From: a virus
Taxonomy: Duplodnaviria > Caudoviricetes
Reading direction: 5' to 3' (one strand)
Length of the DNA stretch: 64,000 bases
Virus record (IMG/VR): IMGVR_UViG_3300029305_004474
Location: 36,752-100,751 of that record
Shown here: positions 38,801 through 48,498 of the stretch, piece after piece
Layout: every line of letters starts with the position of its first letter
Numbering within the stretch: the stretch's first letter is position 1
Notes under the pieces: model-generated
Seen by the model: the letters and a program-made list of their open reading frames with translations, nothing else
Told to the model about the DNA's origin: nothing
Database searches by the model: none
Made by a program: the position numbers and the translations under genes

Positions 38801-40670
38801 TCAGTTAGATATCATTTATGGAGAAAGATCATCTTATTTAGAATTGCATGATTTGATCGATAGGCATATCACATACACTAAAATTGAAGACATCATTTCC
38901 ATGGATGATAAAGAAGACTTAAATCTTATATACGAGAAATTATACTTTGATTTGATCGATTACCTAATCAACGATCAGTTTAATATATTGACGAGTGATG
39001 TTGAGAAGCATATCATGGTTCAATTAACCACAAATGTTATTGTAAGAGAATTCTTTGCAGATATTCATCTTGATCAATTAAAGGGATGGTATGAGAGTAA
39101 AAATCTTAGAATACTTATAGATCAAATTCTTCAACAGAACTCTATTGTCAAAGTGGTTGATGGTACATACACATTCGATTCTGATTTTTCTAATATTGAC
39201 TGTGTTGATATTGTAGGAGAACTAGGTGCAAGTATGCTTAAATGGTATGCCGATATTTGGGTCTATCATCCAACTATGGCAGAAAATATCAAAGGTTATT
39301 TTACGATGCTCATGTCTAGAATAACTATTTTGTATCATTTCTTAATAGATGAGCCGGAAGTATTTAAAATGAAAATAGAACCAGAGTTTCATAATATACA
39401 AATGGGAGTATTATTAAATATTATATTGAAATGCCATTTACTTCAAACTAGAAATATACCTATTCATAGAATGTATCATTACTTAGATGATTTATGTAAA
39501 TTATTAGAAACTCATCAAAATTTTGAAGGTGAGATGAATATATTCGACGGAGAGGAATTGTTGGAATATAAGCTTATATACGATATATTGGGATTTGTAA
39601 TTAATAAAGAATTCAACGGTATAAGCGTAGCAATTATTAAAAATTCCAGTATTTGTAAAGATATAAATAAATGGTTTATAACCCATATATTCGAGCACGT
39701 TGGTTCTAGAATAGAGCAAATATTTATTGTGAAAGATTCGGTCAAATTCCTTTTCGATCAAATTTTTACCGAGACTAATATTCTGCATTATATTGAAGAC
39801 AATGATTTATTCAAATTTGAGTATACAAATATTGATTTATATGGTTCGTATCCATATCTGATAAGTACATTAACACAATCAATTCTTAAATGGTATTTAA
39901 GATTTAGGGATTCTAATAATCTCATAATATCAAAGATGAGAGTTAATATAACACATTTATTCGATCATATTCTTAGGGAAATTAATAGATGGATCAGTGT
40001 AAAATTAACGTATGGAGATGATATTGATGCGATTCAATTACATGTACCTAGAGTAAAAGCATTTATAACCACATTATTCAAATTTAAGTTTGTAGAGAGT
40101 GTTATATACGAGCATAGGTTTGAAGAAGTTTTACAAGACGAATGTAGACAAATGAATGAAGGTAAATTTATAAAAGATTCATTATCAATGGATGATGAGA
40201 TGGAGTTAATTTATGAGAAGATATTTAGAGAATTGATAGAGTATTTATTAAATGATCAATTTGATATTATCACAGATAAACTCATGAATTATATCTATAT
40301 CAACAGATACAATAAATTGGATATCTCACCCGTAGATATATTGGAGTGGGATGAAAGCTATTCCTCGTTCAATATAGAAGCAATGCCATATTTTCTTCAT
40401 CATCTTTTAGTAGACGATCCTAAGTATCTTTTAAAAGATAATCAACCTTATATTTTTGATGGTAAAAATGATAATAATAAAGTTTATGAGAATCAGTCAC
40501 GTCCTCTATCTCTTGAATTTATTGCAAGAGATACGAATAATATATTTTATAAATATCTTAATCCATTCAAAATAGTGTATAAGCCTATCCAGTTAGAGCA
40601 ATCTTTAAAGATTGATGCTGGATTTAAGACGGCATTGATTTTAGAATATGAGCGAATTATTAAAGATTAA
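35868..40670 (+). CDS. Large virion structural protein, baseplate wedge-like N-half plus about four 215-aa C-terminal repeats (1600 aa)
   Basis: AAAGGAG RBS; late promoter at 35830-35841; INILLKYKGSTTVFYKLFDIF resembles the wedge-protein KG(T/S) motif; repeats L(L/I)YEK(I/L)(F/Y)..L....IND.F. Confidence 0.7.
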   Translation: MAEELTAASSFMNELMKISSDIVWKDEYTANLYETRSIMSEVALYMAAKDGELNFTVIPSFDLEVLDKVGISAEDKLYCFYDKYKIPTKYRNECVRLQSEIILASYEEKNNYYRMLSGLPDMEDTEYLYNTKYPDISDAETPVHELSLVAIYALESYGYFDELLKENPSKKYLYYIGKRRIEPYHARTAERFALLYMPSSNFVRINTDFRDLYAVCRYAILRSVYSGDRRKENEYYDSFMAMLIMFMTIQQMLARYLDADTDRDFYDYESIKYVYDHYGVPFYPDIPLDYHIKIIKNINILLKYKGSTTVFYKLFDIFNFGTMEVFDFYIMKTHKFENGRPVFKYKEDGSEDLRAMYDIKFGQVELYNNPPLELSNPDNIVEYSEITEFDPYWINDSELLDKLYNMDFNYIESKYVGFSAVFDLMAITYESAVFFKLMFDNRDKLETFFIYFSAISRNITMYDMIIYTCALICKRYGYDIALNRPSLYIAGILGFNLKADLATIIEDIKKNPTINDDKELVELLMNTNINTLSDITKVFENVQALRKHLVLGKAYAKTKEEFQAYSQLEKLLMTSEMMEEAFLEDCKLEFDPDNDATWYGFDELLASVNMILWQRLQDMSSQGDTSNMDLEIQTMLVLIRQTVTSLKYIEMCCSNGIEALLDHLFKLLDFFKSAKAELTGFQVSYNLGKRGEAQIKLFEQTMLIQNEIKTILPSWINKLTFDYIIAFHEFMKYSFNMWWDDNCNWDWSHVYINVLFPLALRFKYLKTVIMEHRFDMDIHDILHRIHTSQQFRDSFHMEDEMSLLYEKIFFDLVEVIINDGFEELTDRMIKCATIYRYHEDINVPILDEVKWNFEILTKKYTITHKIEEILHQYTLDDLIKNGFKVKIDYSAIDLAGDFGYLISNFGNVLIRFIDHIKIEQIEMKDKIINDITYLLKHTLGIYCMWNRASMYFITDDLNMIYSNTYLDALISFALVHHHQLDIIYGERSSYLELHDLIDRHITYTKIEDIISMDDKEDLNLIYEKLYFDLIDYLINDQFNILTSDVEKHIMVQLTTNVIVREFFADIHLDQLKGWYESKNLRILIDQILQQNSIVKVVDGTYTFDSDFSNIDCVDIVGELGASMLKWYADIWVYHPTMAENIKGYFTMLMSRITILYHFLIDEPEVFKMKIEPEFHNIQMGVLLNIILKCHLLQTRNIPIHRMYHYLDDLCKLLETHQNFEGEMNIFDGEELLEYKLIYDILGFVINKEFNGISVAIIKNSSICKDINKWFITHIFEHVGSRIEQIFIVKDSVKFLFDQIFTETNILHYIEDNDLFKFEYTNIDLYGSYPYLISTLTQSILKWYLRFRDSNNLIISKMRVNITHLFDHILREINRWISVKLTYGDDIDAIQLHVPRVKAFITTLFKFKFVESVIYEHRFEEVLQDECRQMNEGKFIKDSLSMDDEMELIYEKIFRELIEYLLNDQFDIITDKLMNYIYINRYNKLDISPVDILEWDESYSSFNIEAMPYFLHHLLVDDPKYLLKDNQPYIFDGKNDNNKVYENQSRPLSLEFIARDTNNIFYKYLNPFKIVYKPIQLEQSLKIDAGFKTALILEYERIIKD

Positions 40671-40693
40671 TATAAAGGAGGATTTTAATTAAC

Positions 40694-41560
40694 ATGAGTG
40701 AATTAATTAAAGACTATTTACCATTAGCTGCTAAGGATTTAGTACCTATGGGAGATTCAAAATCTTTTAATCCAAAACCAACTAAACCAGCTTTTAGAGG
40801 TGTATTGTATGAAAATACATTTGATGAATTCGGAAAACCTATGTTAAAAAAGCTCAGTGATAATACAGTAGTTCTCGGTGGTGCAATTTTAGCATTGGAG
40901 CATCTTGCAAATGTTGATTCGCCATTTATTCCAAGTACATTAAATAGCATTCTTGGTGTAAATGCAGATGTGGAATATGAAGGTTCTAGACCTACAGTAG
41001 TATTATTTGGTTTAGGTATCGGTGGTTCTGAACTTGAATTCGGCTCTATTAATGCAAAGGATGTTAAGAGCAGAGATATTCCAGCGATGGTTCCATTGCG
41101 TGTAAGTACAGATACTCAGCTCACTGGTGAAAACGCTGAACAGTATTTCATGAAGAAGTTGAATGATGACGGTGTTACTTATTCCTGGTATCTTAAGGAA
41201 TTTAATGAAACTCTTAGAATTTCTTCTCATTGGAAGAATGCTCCTTCTGATGATGAAGACGGTGATGAAATTCTTAGTGATGTTTATGCATCTGAATCTA
41301 CAGATGAAATTGAATCTTTCATGGAAATCAAGATTTATTTAAACGTAAACGATGTTCGTGAATATTTCGAAAGTATTGGTATGCTGGACAGTGCACGTTA
41401 TAATACTCTTGGTATTTACACGGGTAATAAAGTTACTCTTGAAAACGGCGAAGTTGATTACGTAAACGTAAGATTATTTGCATATACAAACTTCAATAAC
41501 AAGGATCTTACTCAGAAGACAGAATCTTTATATACATACAGAATTTATTCTTTAGTGTAA
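40694..41560 (+). CDS. Virion structural protein, probably baseplate/tail (288 aa)
   Basis: AAAGGAGG RBS; co-transcribed with the 1600-aa gene; NTVVLGG..LFGLGIGG pattern; terminator at 41573-41606. Confidence 0.65.
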   Translation: MSELIKDYLPLAAKDLVPMGDSKSFNPKPTKPAFRGVLYENTFDEFGKPMLKKLSDNTVVLGGAILALEHLANVDSPFIPSTLNSILGVNADVEYEGSRPTVVLFGLGIGGSELEFGSINAKDVKSRDIPAMVPLRVSTDTQLTGENAEQYFMKKLNDDGVTYSWYLKEFNETLRISSHWKNAPSDDEDGDEILSDVYASESTDEIESFMEIKIYLNVNDVREYFESIGMLDSARYNTLGIYTGNKVTLENGEVDYVNVRLFAYTNFNNKDLTQKTESLYTYRIYSLV

Positions 41561-41605
41561 AAATGCAGCAGCAAACACCCACTAGATTTAGCTCTAGTGG
41601 GTGTT

Positions 41606-42088
41606 TCATTCGTTTTTATCAGCAAAAATTTTCAATATATAATTTCCAATATATTCGTGCTGTTGCAAAACTTGTTTATTTGGAGTAGGATCGGTGATGC
41701 AATTCTTTATCATCGAATCCCAATGAATTGCAATGTCTTGTATATATTTATCGGTGTATGCATTTAAATAAGCTCTACCAATATATTCATTCTTCAGCGA
41801 TATGTCTGGAAAAACTAAATGATACTCTATATTATATGCTTTTAACAAATCTCTTATTTCTCTATCGGACGACACTAATATGAAATCATGAGATTTTCTT
41901 AAATTATTTATTTGATTGATATACACTTTTGGATAACTTAACCCAAAATCTTTTAATATGGTGCCTATCCATTTAAATTCCAATTCATCTACATATGCTA
42001 CTTTACATATATCTTTTAATCTTTGTAATGCATATCTTTTACCAGTACCTGGAAATCCACATATAACAATACCTTGTTTGCTGTTCAA
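41606..42088 (-). CDS. P-loop nucleotide-kinase-like protein (160 aa)
   Basis: VICGFPGTGK Walker A; TTG start with GAGGTG RBS. Confidence 0.7.
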   Translation of the reverse strand: MNSKQGIVICGFPGTGKRYALQRLKDICKVAYVDELEFKWIGTILKDFGLSYPKVYINQINNLRKSHDFILVSSDREIRDLLKAYNIEYHLVFPDISLKNEYIGRAYLNAYTDKYIQDIAIHWDSMIKNCITDPTPNKQVLQQHEYIGNYILKIFADKNE

Positions 42089-42103
42089 TTATAATCACCT
42101 CGT

Positions 42104-42826
42104 TTATTTCTTAGTGAAATTAAAATATTTATTATCAAGATTTATACAATTCTTGAATATTTCATATACCATAGCTGCAGTATTATTTGGATCTTCATGA
42201 ATGGAATCTATATCTTTCCATTTCTTTAATTGACTAATGGTTCTACTTGCGGATGCTTCTTCTTTAATATAACTCGGATCGTTAGATAGATAAAATCCTT
42301 TATTATTTTTTGCATCTTCGATAGTATCGTCTTGACTTCCATCAAAGTGAAATACTATGTCTGGTCTAGGAATAGATAGTATATTATATGCCAGATTTTC
42401 AATTTGATCTATAATCTTCTTCAACTCATTGTAAAAGCTAAAATAGCTAGCATCTGGTAAATATGGTGCAACTCTCGATATAATGGTACCTATGTAACTA
42501 GTTATAACAACTATTTCTCCATCAGAGATAGATTTTTTAATACTAGATACCGAATGAGTAATATCTACCAAAAACATATTTGCTATTTGGATAGGAGTTA
42601 ACCAATCATTATAATTATTAAATACATTTACATTCATTATGGTTTTACCAGTATCTCCATGTGATGGAAAACTAAAATGATGTACTATATATCCATCCGA
42701 TTCCAAATTTGATATTAGAAGATCGCTTTGTATATCTTTTTCCTGTTCATTGAAACCTTCTATTGCTATAATTGCTCCCATTTTATCAAATTTGGATATC
42801 GTGGGTTCTACATTTATCTGATTCAT
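42104..42826 (-). CDS. Thymidylate-kinase-like protein with degenerate P-loop (240 aa)
   Basis: IIAIEGFNEQEKDIQ (vs EGVDGCGKTTQ), FSFPS, VVITSYIGT (vs IDRYIGT), AYNILSIPRPDIVFHF. Confidence 0.75.
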   Translation of the reverse strand: MNQINVEPTISKFDKMGAIIAIEGFNEQEKDIQSDLLISNLESDGYIVHHFSFPSHGDTGKTIMNVNVFNNYNDWLTPIQIANMFLVDITHSVSSIKKSISDGEIVVITSYIGTIISRVAPYLPDASYFSFYNELKKIIDQIENLAYNILSIPRPDIVFHFDGSQDDTIEDAKNNKGFYLSNDPSYIKEEASASRTISQLKKWKDIDSIHEDPNNTAAMVYEIFKNCINLDNKYFNFTKK

Positions 42827-42938
42827 AATATCACCCCAATTCTTTAAATTATTTAAAAGTCCTAACTCTTTTCGTATTAAAGTACAATGAAACGATTTAT
42901 TAAATTTAAAATAATAAAGGAAAGGAGATAGATGAAAT

Positions 42939-45900
42939 ATGAATAAGAAAGATGAATTTCTTAATCAATATTTTGAAGAAACATTTGAGCAAATTGCTAT
43001 TGAAGGAAAGATAGATGATGAACTGGATACTGAAAAAGTATTTAAAATTCATTGTAAAACAAACGATTTGGTTGAAAACATGCTTGGTGAATTATGCAAG
43101 TTAAGAGATTCTAAGGACAAAAATGAAATGAAGAAAAAGATAGGCAAGTTAAAAGCCGAAGCTTTAAAAATTATTTCTAATGGTAGAGCCAAATATAAAG
43201 ATCTCGAATCCAAAATGGAATCAAATGATTATATTGGAGAATGTATTGCTAACTATGAGTATACTGTAGAATTGATCAATGATTGTATTAATAATATTGA
43301 AGCTATAGTAGGAAGTTCAGAATCTATTTCTGAAGCCGAAGAGGGATTGTTCTTTAATAAATATGATTCCACAAAAGATCCAAGATATCTCGAAACGCTT
43401 TTTAGACGACTGACAGAAAAAAGAATTGAATGTACTAAAAAACTTAACGATATCGAAAAAAGGATTACAATCTGTGAGAATAGAGGTACTTCTACTGAAC
43501 TTAATATACTGGAACAAGAATTATGGAAAATAAGAGATAAATATAATTCAGAATATGATAGTATCTATGACAGCATATGTGAAATCGATAAAGATTATTC
43601 TTTTAATATAGTCCCTAATTCCATATCCGGTCCCAAACGTGAGTATTTGAAGAAATGTTGGACTATCGGAGTAACCAATAATAAAATAGATAAGTTGCAA
43701 AATCAAATTAGGTATATAAGGAATAAGAAATTTAAAGGGTACCATACATCATATGCAGCTAAAATAAATCAAATAGATAATGATTATATTAAAGGAGATC
43801 TAACACGTTTTAATTCATATTATGATAATAAAACTGGAAAATATCAATCCTTTAAGACTCGTGATAGTTCTATGATTGGTAATTACGCAACTGACATTTT
43901 AAACGAGATTATTAACTCGAATAGAATGGTAAAGGATCTTTCTGTTAATGACCGTCAGATCAATTGGATTATTACGCAAATGAAATATTTTGCAAAAAGA
44001 AGAATTGAAATTCTCAAGAGTAATAATTCATATGATGCAGATATGCTCTATGAGGAATTTAAAATTTTTGAAAAGAAATTCGATATAATTATAAATTCAT
44101 ATAAATATATCCAAGATCCAAACATTATTAAAATTCTAAATGAGTTGAAGGGAAACATTAATTGGCTTAGTAAAGATCTATTTAATTTAGCAGAAGATAC
44201 TGGCTACTGTTATGCACAATATAAAAATTATAACGATAAACCAAGTATTTATGCAAGGGAAGGATGTGAAAAACCGATGAGCGAAACTAAAGAATATCTA
44301 AACCAGAGTTTCGAAGACGCACTCGAACAGATCGCTATCGAAAGTAAATCGGAATTTAATTTTAAATCAAAGATAGATGTATCTTTATCAAAAAAAATTC
44401 ATAAACAAATTCAGGAAACTTACGATGCTTTAAATAAATTAATCTCTGAAGAGGATGAGGAAACTGTTCGTAATAAGTTAAAAGAATTAAAACCTAAAGT
44501 TCTTGAATTAACTAAAGATGTAAGAAGTTTAATCGATGAATCGAAAAAAAAATATCCTGAAGAATCAGATATGATAGATGATTTTATTGCCGATAATTAT
44601 GATGGTACATTAGATCAAATGACTGAATATATCAAAGATTTAGAGAAAAAAATTGGTGAAACTTCCGAAGAAGGATTTGAAAGTTATTTAGATTCTTTAT
44701 CAGAATCTAAGAATGATGATTCTGCTACAGAAGCTCTGACATTTACACACAAGCAAAAAGCTGAGAAATATTGGAACGAAAACAAACCTCGTTACGAATC
44801 TATGATTAACAATGCATTATCTGGAGTAGTAAGGGATACAATATCACAACTTCAAGATGCAAAAGCAGATATTTTACATAAGTTACGTGGTACATCTGAT
44901 GAAAAAAGTACAAGAATTGATAGTTTAGGTTCTAAATATGCACAATGTATTGTGGAACTTAATAGGAAAGAGTCTCAAGAAAAAAGAAATTTACTCTCTA
45001 AATACGATTCAATGAAAACATATCAGTATGTTGAGGGTATTCAAGCCGCAATAGCTGAAATTAAAGAAAAAGACCTCGAAGAAGCAAAGAAAAGATTACA
45101 ACAAGCTTGTGATGATTGTGAAAAAGAAATTCTTAAGCTAAAAAATGAGGAGATTGAGGGTAACATTAAAGGAAATACCAAAAATATTAATTCTCGTGGA
45201 AATAGAAGCAATAACTCATCGCCTGATATTAATGGACCAGCTGCTGCATCTTTTAGTAATTTTCATATAGAAGATGTATCAGAATTATCTGAAGCATTAG
45301 AAGCTGATTTAGTTACTTTGGCAGGATTTGGAATTGGTGCTAGTATTGGATATCATTTATTCAAAAATAAAATTGGTGAAAAAGTTGGAGTTACAATTAA
45401 AGGTTTAAACAAACCAGAAGCGAAAGCATATTATTATATGCTTAATAATGATTTTAGAAGATCTGAAAATGCAATTAAAACCTTATTAAAATCTAAGAAA
45501 AAGTTTATTGTTAGTCAGCCTGCATTAACCGAATTAGTAGCTTTTAGAAAGAAATACTATAATAAAGTAGCAGTAGTGGTAAATCAGTTCTTAGAAGCAT
45601 ATGAAAAACTTGAAGATATTGCTGGTAAAGAAAAATCATTTATTTTCAATGATAATAATCCTATTAGAGATAAAGCTATCTGTAATAAAATGGAAAAACA
45701 GGCAAATGATTATTATCAATTAAAGAATTCTGATTTCTTAAATGAAGCTAGAACCATTCTTACTTATGAACCAAGTTATATGAAATCCGGTGATAATAGT
45801 AATATCACTATAACATGTGATTATCTCGAAAAATTGTTAAATCCTACTGAAACATTTAAGATTATTAATTCATTAGAAGCAATGATTGAAAAATTACCAG

Positions 45901-47189
45901 ATTTAGATACAGCTTCAAATCATGCAGAATTGATGATTGGTAGTACTATGGAAATTCCTCCTATTAAGAAGTATATGGAGATTATGTATGATATTAATCA
46001 AACTGCTATGGAGATTAGAGGAATCTTAAATGCATATGTAACTATTGTATATGCTATCTTAGATTATGCAGTTTTGGCAAATGATAAGAAGAACTACGCA
46101 AATGAATCATATGTTATAATTGATGAAGATAGTGAACCTGCGACGGAAGAACTTAAAAATATTAGAGGTTCTGGTACATTATGGGCTTTATTAGGTTTCC
46201 ATACGATGTCTGCTAGAAGACAGTCAATGAATATTAAAATAACTGATCGTAATGTAAGAAATTTATCTGATAAAGTCGATACTTTGGATTATAACCTTTA
46301 TAAGGTGGAAGACAGTGTTAGAGATTTATCTGGAAAGGTTTATAATATAGGTAATGCAACTTCTAAGATTGGCAACTTGGCATCAAACTTATCGAAGAAA
46401 GTTAATTATCTTTATGCAATCGATATGCTTAATCCAATATTCAATATTATCGATATGACTATGAATATTCAGCAAATTGAAGCAGAGAATGCTATGAATA
46501 TGGATACAAGTATTCCAGGTCCTAAAGTATATATTGCAGTATTAAACGGTGATTATGACAAAGCTTTAAAGTTTTATAAGAAGTTCCAAAACATAGATGA
46601 TAGAACTACATATATCGTAAATTCAAGAGCATATGAACTTTCTAAGAAGGCAACTTCAATGTTTGCTAATAATGCTAAGAGTTTATTATCCGATATACTT
46701 AAAATGCATAATATTATGAGTTCAATTATGTCTAATGCTAATAAACATAAGAAATCCGATAAAGCTTCTAAAGAAGTTACAGATGCTTTTGAGAAATTAC
46801 TTTATGCAGAGCAAAGTTTTAAACTTATTGACGAAGATAAACTTGAGGATGTTATGTCTCAAACTCCATTTGGTCCTACCGATCCTAGTATTGAAGTGAA
46901 TAAAAAAGAAATTTTAGATTGGATTCAATTAGAAAAAATTATTGCGGATTTAAGAAGAATCAATGAAATTCATTCTAAGTGTCCAGATCCTATGAACCTT
47001 TCTTTATCATTATCATATAAGAGAAAATCTAAGATTTTACACGAATATGATGATAGAATTGGTTACATGAATGGAAAAGATGCATATATGAAACTCGTGT
47101 ATAGATATAGAAATTATGTAGAGGCAATCTATAATGAATATATCAAAATTGTATGTTTCAGACTCATGATGTTATCTTTTAGTAAATAA
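42939..47189 (+). CDS. Large modular virion/inner-head protein (1416 aa) with repeated A-x-E sites
   Basis: GGAAAGGAG RBS; AACG-N6-TA at 42891-42902; duplicated N-terminus at residue 447; several AxE motifs. Confidence 0.75.
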   Translation: MNKKDEFLNQYFEETFEQIAIEGKIDDELDTEKVFKIHCKTNDLVENMLGELCKLRDSKDKNEMKKKIGKLKAEALKIISNGRAKYKDLESKMESNDYIGECIANYEYTVELINDCINNIEAIVGSSESISEAEEGLFFNKYDSTKDPRYLETLFRRLTEKRIECTKKLNDIEKRITICENRGTSTELNILEQELWKIRDKYNSEYDSIYDSICEIDKDYSFNIVPNSISGPKREYLKKCWTIGVTNNKIDKLQNQIRYIRNKKFKGYHTSYAAKINQIDNDYIKGDLTRFNSYYDNKTGKYQSFKTRDSSMIGNYATDILNEIINSNRMVKDLSVNDRQINWIITQMKYFAKRRIEILKSNNSYDADMLYEEFKIFEKKFDIIINSYKYIQDPNIIKILNELKGNINWLSKDLFNLAEDTGYCYAQYKNYNDKPSIYAREGCEKPMSETKEYLNQSFEDALEQIAIESKSEFNFKSKIDVSLSKKIHKQIQETYDALNKLISEEDEETVRNKLKELKPKVLELTKDVRSLIDESKKKYPEESDMIDDFIADNYDGTLDQMTEYIKDLEKKIGETSEEGFESYLDSLSESKNDDSATEALTFTHKQKAEKYWNENKPRYESMINNALSGVVRDTISQLQDAKADILHKLRGTSDEKSTRIDSLGSKYAQCIVELNRKESQEKRNLLSKYDSMKTYQYVEGIQAAIAEIKEKDLEEAKKRLQQACDDCEKEILKLKNEEIEGNIKGNTKNINSRGNRSNNSSPDINGPAAASFSNFHIEDVSELSEALEADLVTLAGFGIGASIGYHLFKNKIGEKVGVTIKGLNKPEAKAYYYMLNNDFRRSENAIKTLLKSKKKFIVSQPALTELVAFRKKYYNKVAVVVNQFLEAYEKLEDIAGKEKSFIFNDNNPIRDKAICNKMEKQANDYYQLKNSDFLNEARTILTYEPSYMKSGDNSNITITCDYLEKLLNPTETFKIINSLEAMIEKLPDLDTASNHAELMIGSTMEIPPIKKYMEIMYDINQTAMEIRGILNAYVTIVYAILDYAVLANDKKNYANESYVIIDEDSEPATEELKNIRGSGTLWALLGFHTMSARRQSMNIKITDRNVRNLSDKVDTLDYNLYKVEDSVRDLSGKVYNIGNATSKIGNLASNLSKKVNYLYAIDMLNPIFNIIDMTMNIQQIEAENAMNMDTSIPGPKVYIAVLNGDYDKALKFYKKFQNIDDRTTYIVNSRAYELSKKATSMFANNAKSLLSDILKMHNIMSSIMSNANKHKKSDKASKEVTDAFEKLLYAEQSFKLIDEDKLEDVMSQTPFGPTDPSIEVNKKEILDWIQLEKIIADLRRINEIHSKCPDPMNLSLSLSYKRKSKILHEYDDRIGYMNGKDAYMKLVYRYRNYVEAIYNEYIKIVCFRLMMLSFSK

Positions 47190-47699
47190 TAAGAAAAAAG
47201 AGCATACCAGAAAAGGTATGCTCTTTAAATCCATTATTACTAGACTAAAATCGATTTTAGGGATTGGAAGATTAACCTCCAATGCTTTTTTTGCTACTAA
47301 ATCTGCCGCTTCGTTATGTTGAATGCCCGTATGAGCAGCTACTTTTACAAAGCTAATATCTATCTGTTTACTAGCTTCTGACATATACATGGAATATTCT
47401 TTTGTAAGGTCATTATTTCTTTTCCATTCTTTGGCTGCCCATTTTTCAATTCCGATATAATCATAATAAATAGTTATTTTTTTATATCCGTTCTTTATAG
47501 CCCATGTTACTGCATATACTGCTCCTAAAATTTCACCTGCAACATTTCTAAATTTAGAAACCTTATTAAAATCATTCGAACCTCCGTGAATAGATACATT
47601 ATCTTCATCGTCTGGTTCAAACATTATACAACCAAAGCTATATCTTTTGAGTGGATGATTATAACTTCCATCTACAAATGCAATTATTTCTTTATTCAT
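47172..47699 (-). CDS. rnhA: Ribonuclease HI (175 aa)
   Basis: AFVDGSYN, RNVAGEILGA, YYDYIGIEKWA, KVAAHTG..HNEAADLVAK: complete D-E-D-D set. Confidence 0.92.
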   Translation of the reverse strand: MNKEIIAFVDGSYNHPLKRYSFGCIMFEPDDEDNVSIHGGSNDFNKVSKFRNVAGEILGAVYAVTWAIKNGYKKITIYYDYIGIEKWAAKEWKRNNDLTKEYSMYMSEASKQIDISFVKVAAHTGIQHNEAADLVAKKALEVNLPIPKIDFSLVIMDLKSIPFLVCSFFLLFTKR

Positions 47700-47704
47700 A
47701 ATTT

Positions 47705-47983
47705 CTACCTTCTTAATTTTTTAATTACAAGAATGAATGTAAAATAAAACATATATAAATCAAATAGAATGAATTTAAGAATGGTAATAAATTTATCAAT
47801 TATACCATATGGATCTAAATCCTTAAAACTGCAAGTATAAATTGCTGGGTCATCTGCTCTTTTGAGTATATACTCTTTTGCTATTGACAATAAATTCATA
47901 ATGATTGAAAAAATTAGATGATTTAAATATGCATGTTCAGTAAATTCCGATGCGATATATAATAATAAACATAAAAATGTCAT
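47705..47983 (-). CDS. Predicted membrane protein (92 aa)
   Basis: AAGGAG RBS; hydrophobic segments. Confidence 0.6.
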   Translation of the reverse strand: MTFLCLLLYIASEFTEHAYLNHLIFSIIMNLLSIAKEYILKRADDPAIYTCSFKDLDPYGIIDKFITILKFILFDLYMFYFTFILVIKKLRR

Positions 47984-47986
47984 TTT

Positions 47987-48304
47987 TTATTTTCTCCTTT
48001 TTATATGATCTATACTTATTAGATGACCGTAAATTTTTCTACAACGTTTTAGTACGCTATTAAAGGCAATGGTCATCATAATAGTTATTAATATAAATAT
48101 AGTACACATTGCTGCCGAATAATATTGTCTCGGAATTGTGAAAAAGAATATCGCACCAACACCCAAGGCTATACCGATCATATTATTAAATAATCCTATG
48201 GTCAATTCGACATACCTTGTAAAATTGTAAAGCATTTCTCTTGCATATTCTGCACTTTCTCTGTCGTGAATTTGATTGTTTAATTCTGTTTCGTTGTGTT
48301 TCAT
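47987..48304 (-). CDS. Predicted membrane protein (105 aa, 2 TM)
   Basis: AGGAGGT RBS; early-type TACATCAT at 48345-48352. Confidence 0.75.
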   Translation of the reverse strand: MKHNETELNNQIHDRESAEYAREMLYNFTRYVELTIGLFNNMIGIALGVGAIFFFTIPRQYYSAAMCTIFILITIMMTIAFNSVLKRCRKIYGHLISIDHIKRRK

Positions 48305-48498
48305 TATGAATACCTCCTATGTATTTATTAGTTTTACCATATTAATGATGTATACTTAAATTAAAATATGTATTATACATGTAATTAAATTCTGATATTT
48401 AACTATTAAATTTTGGGGATGCGTTCACCCAAATACCATTACTTCGTATCTAATAGGGCATAAGAGTAAAAATCTTATGCCCTATTAAGCCCTTGGTA

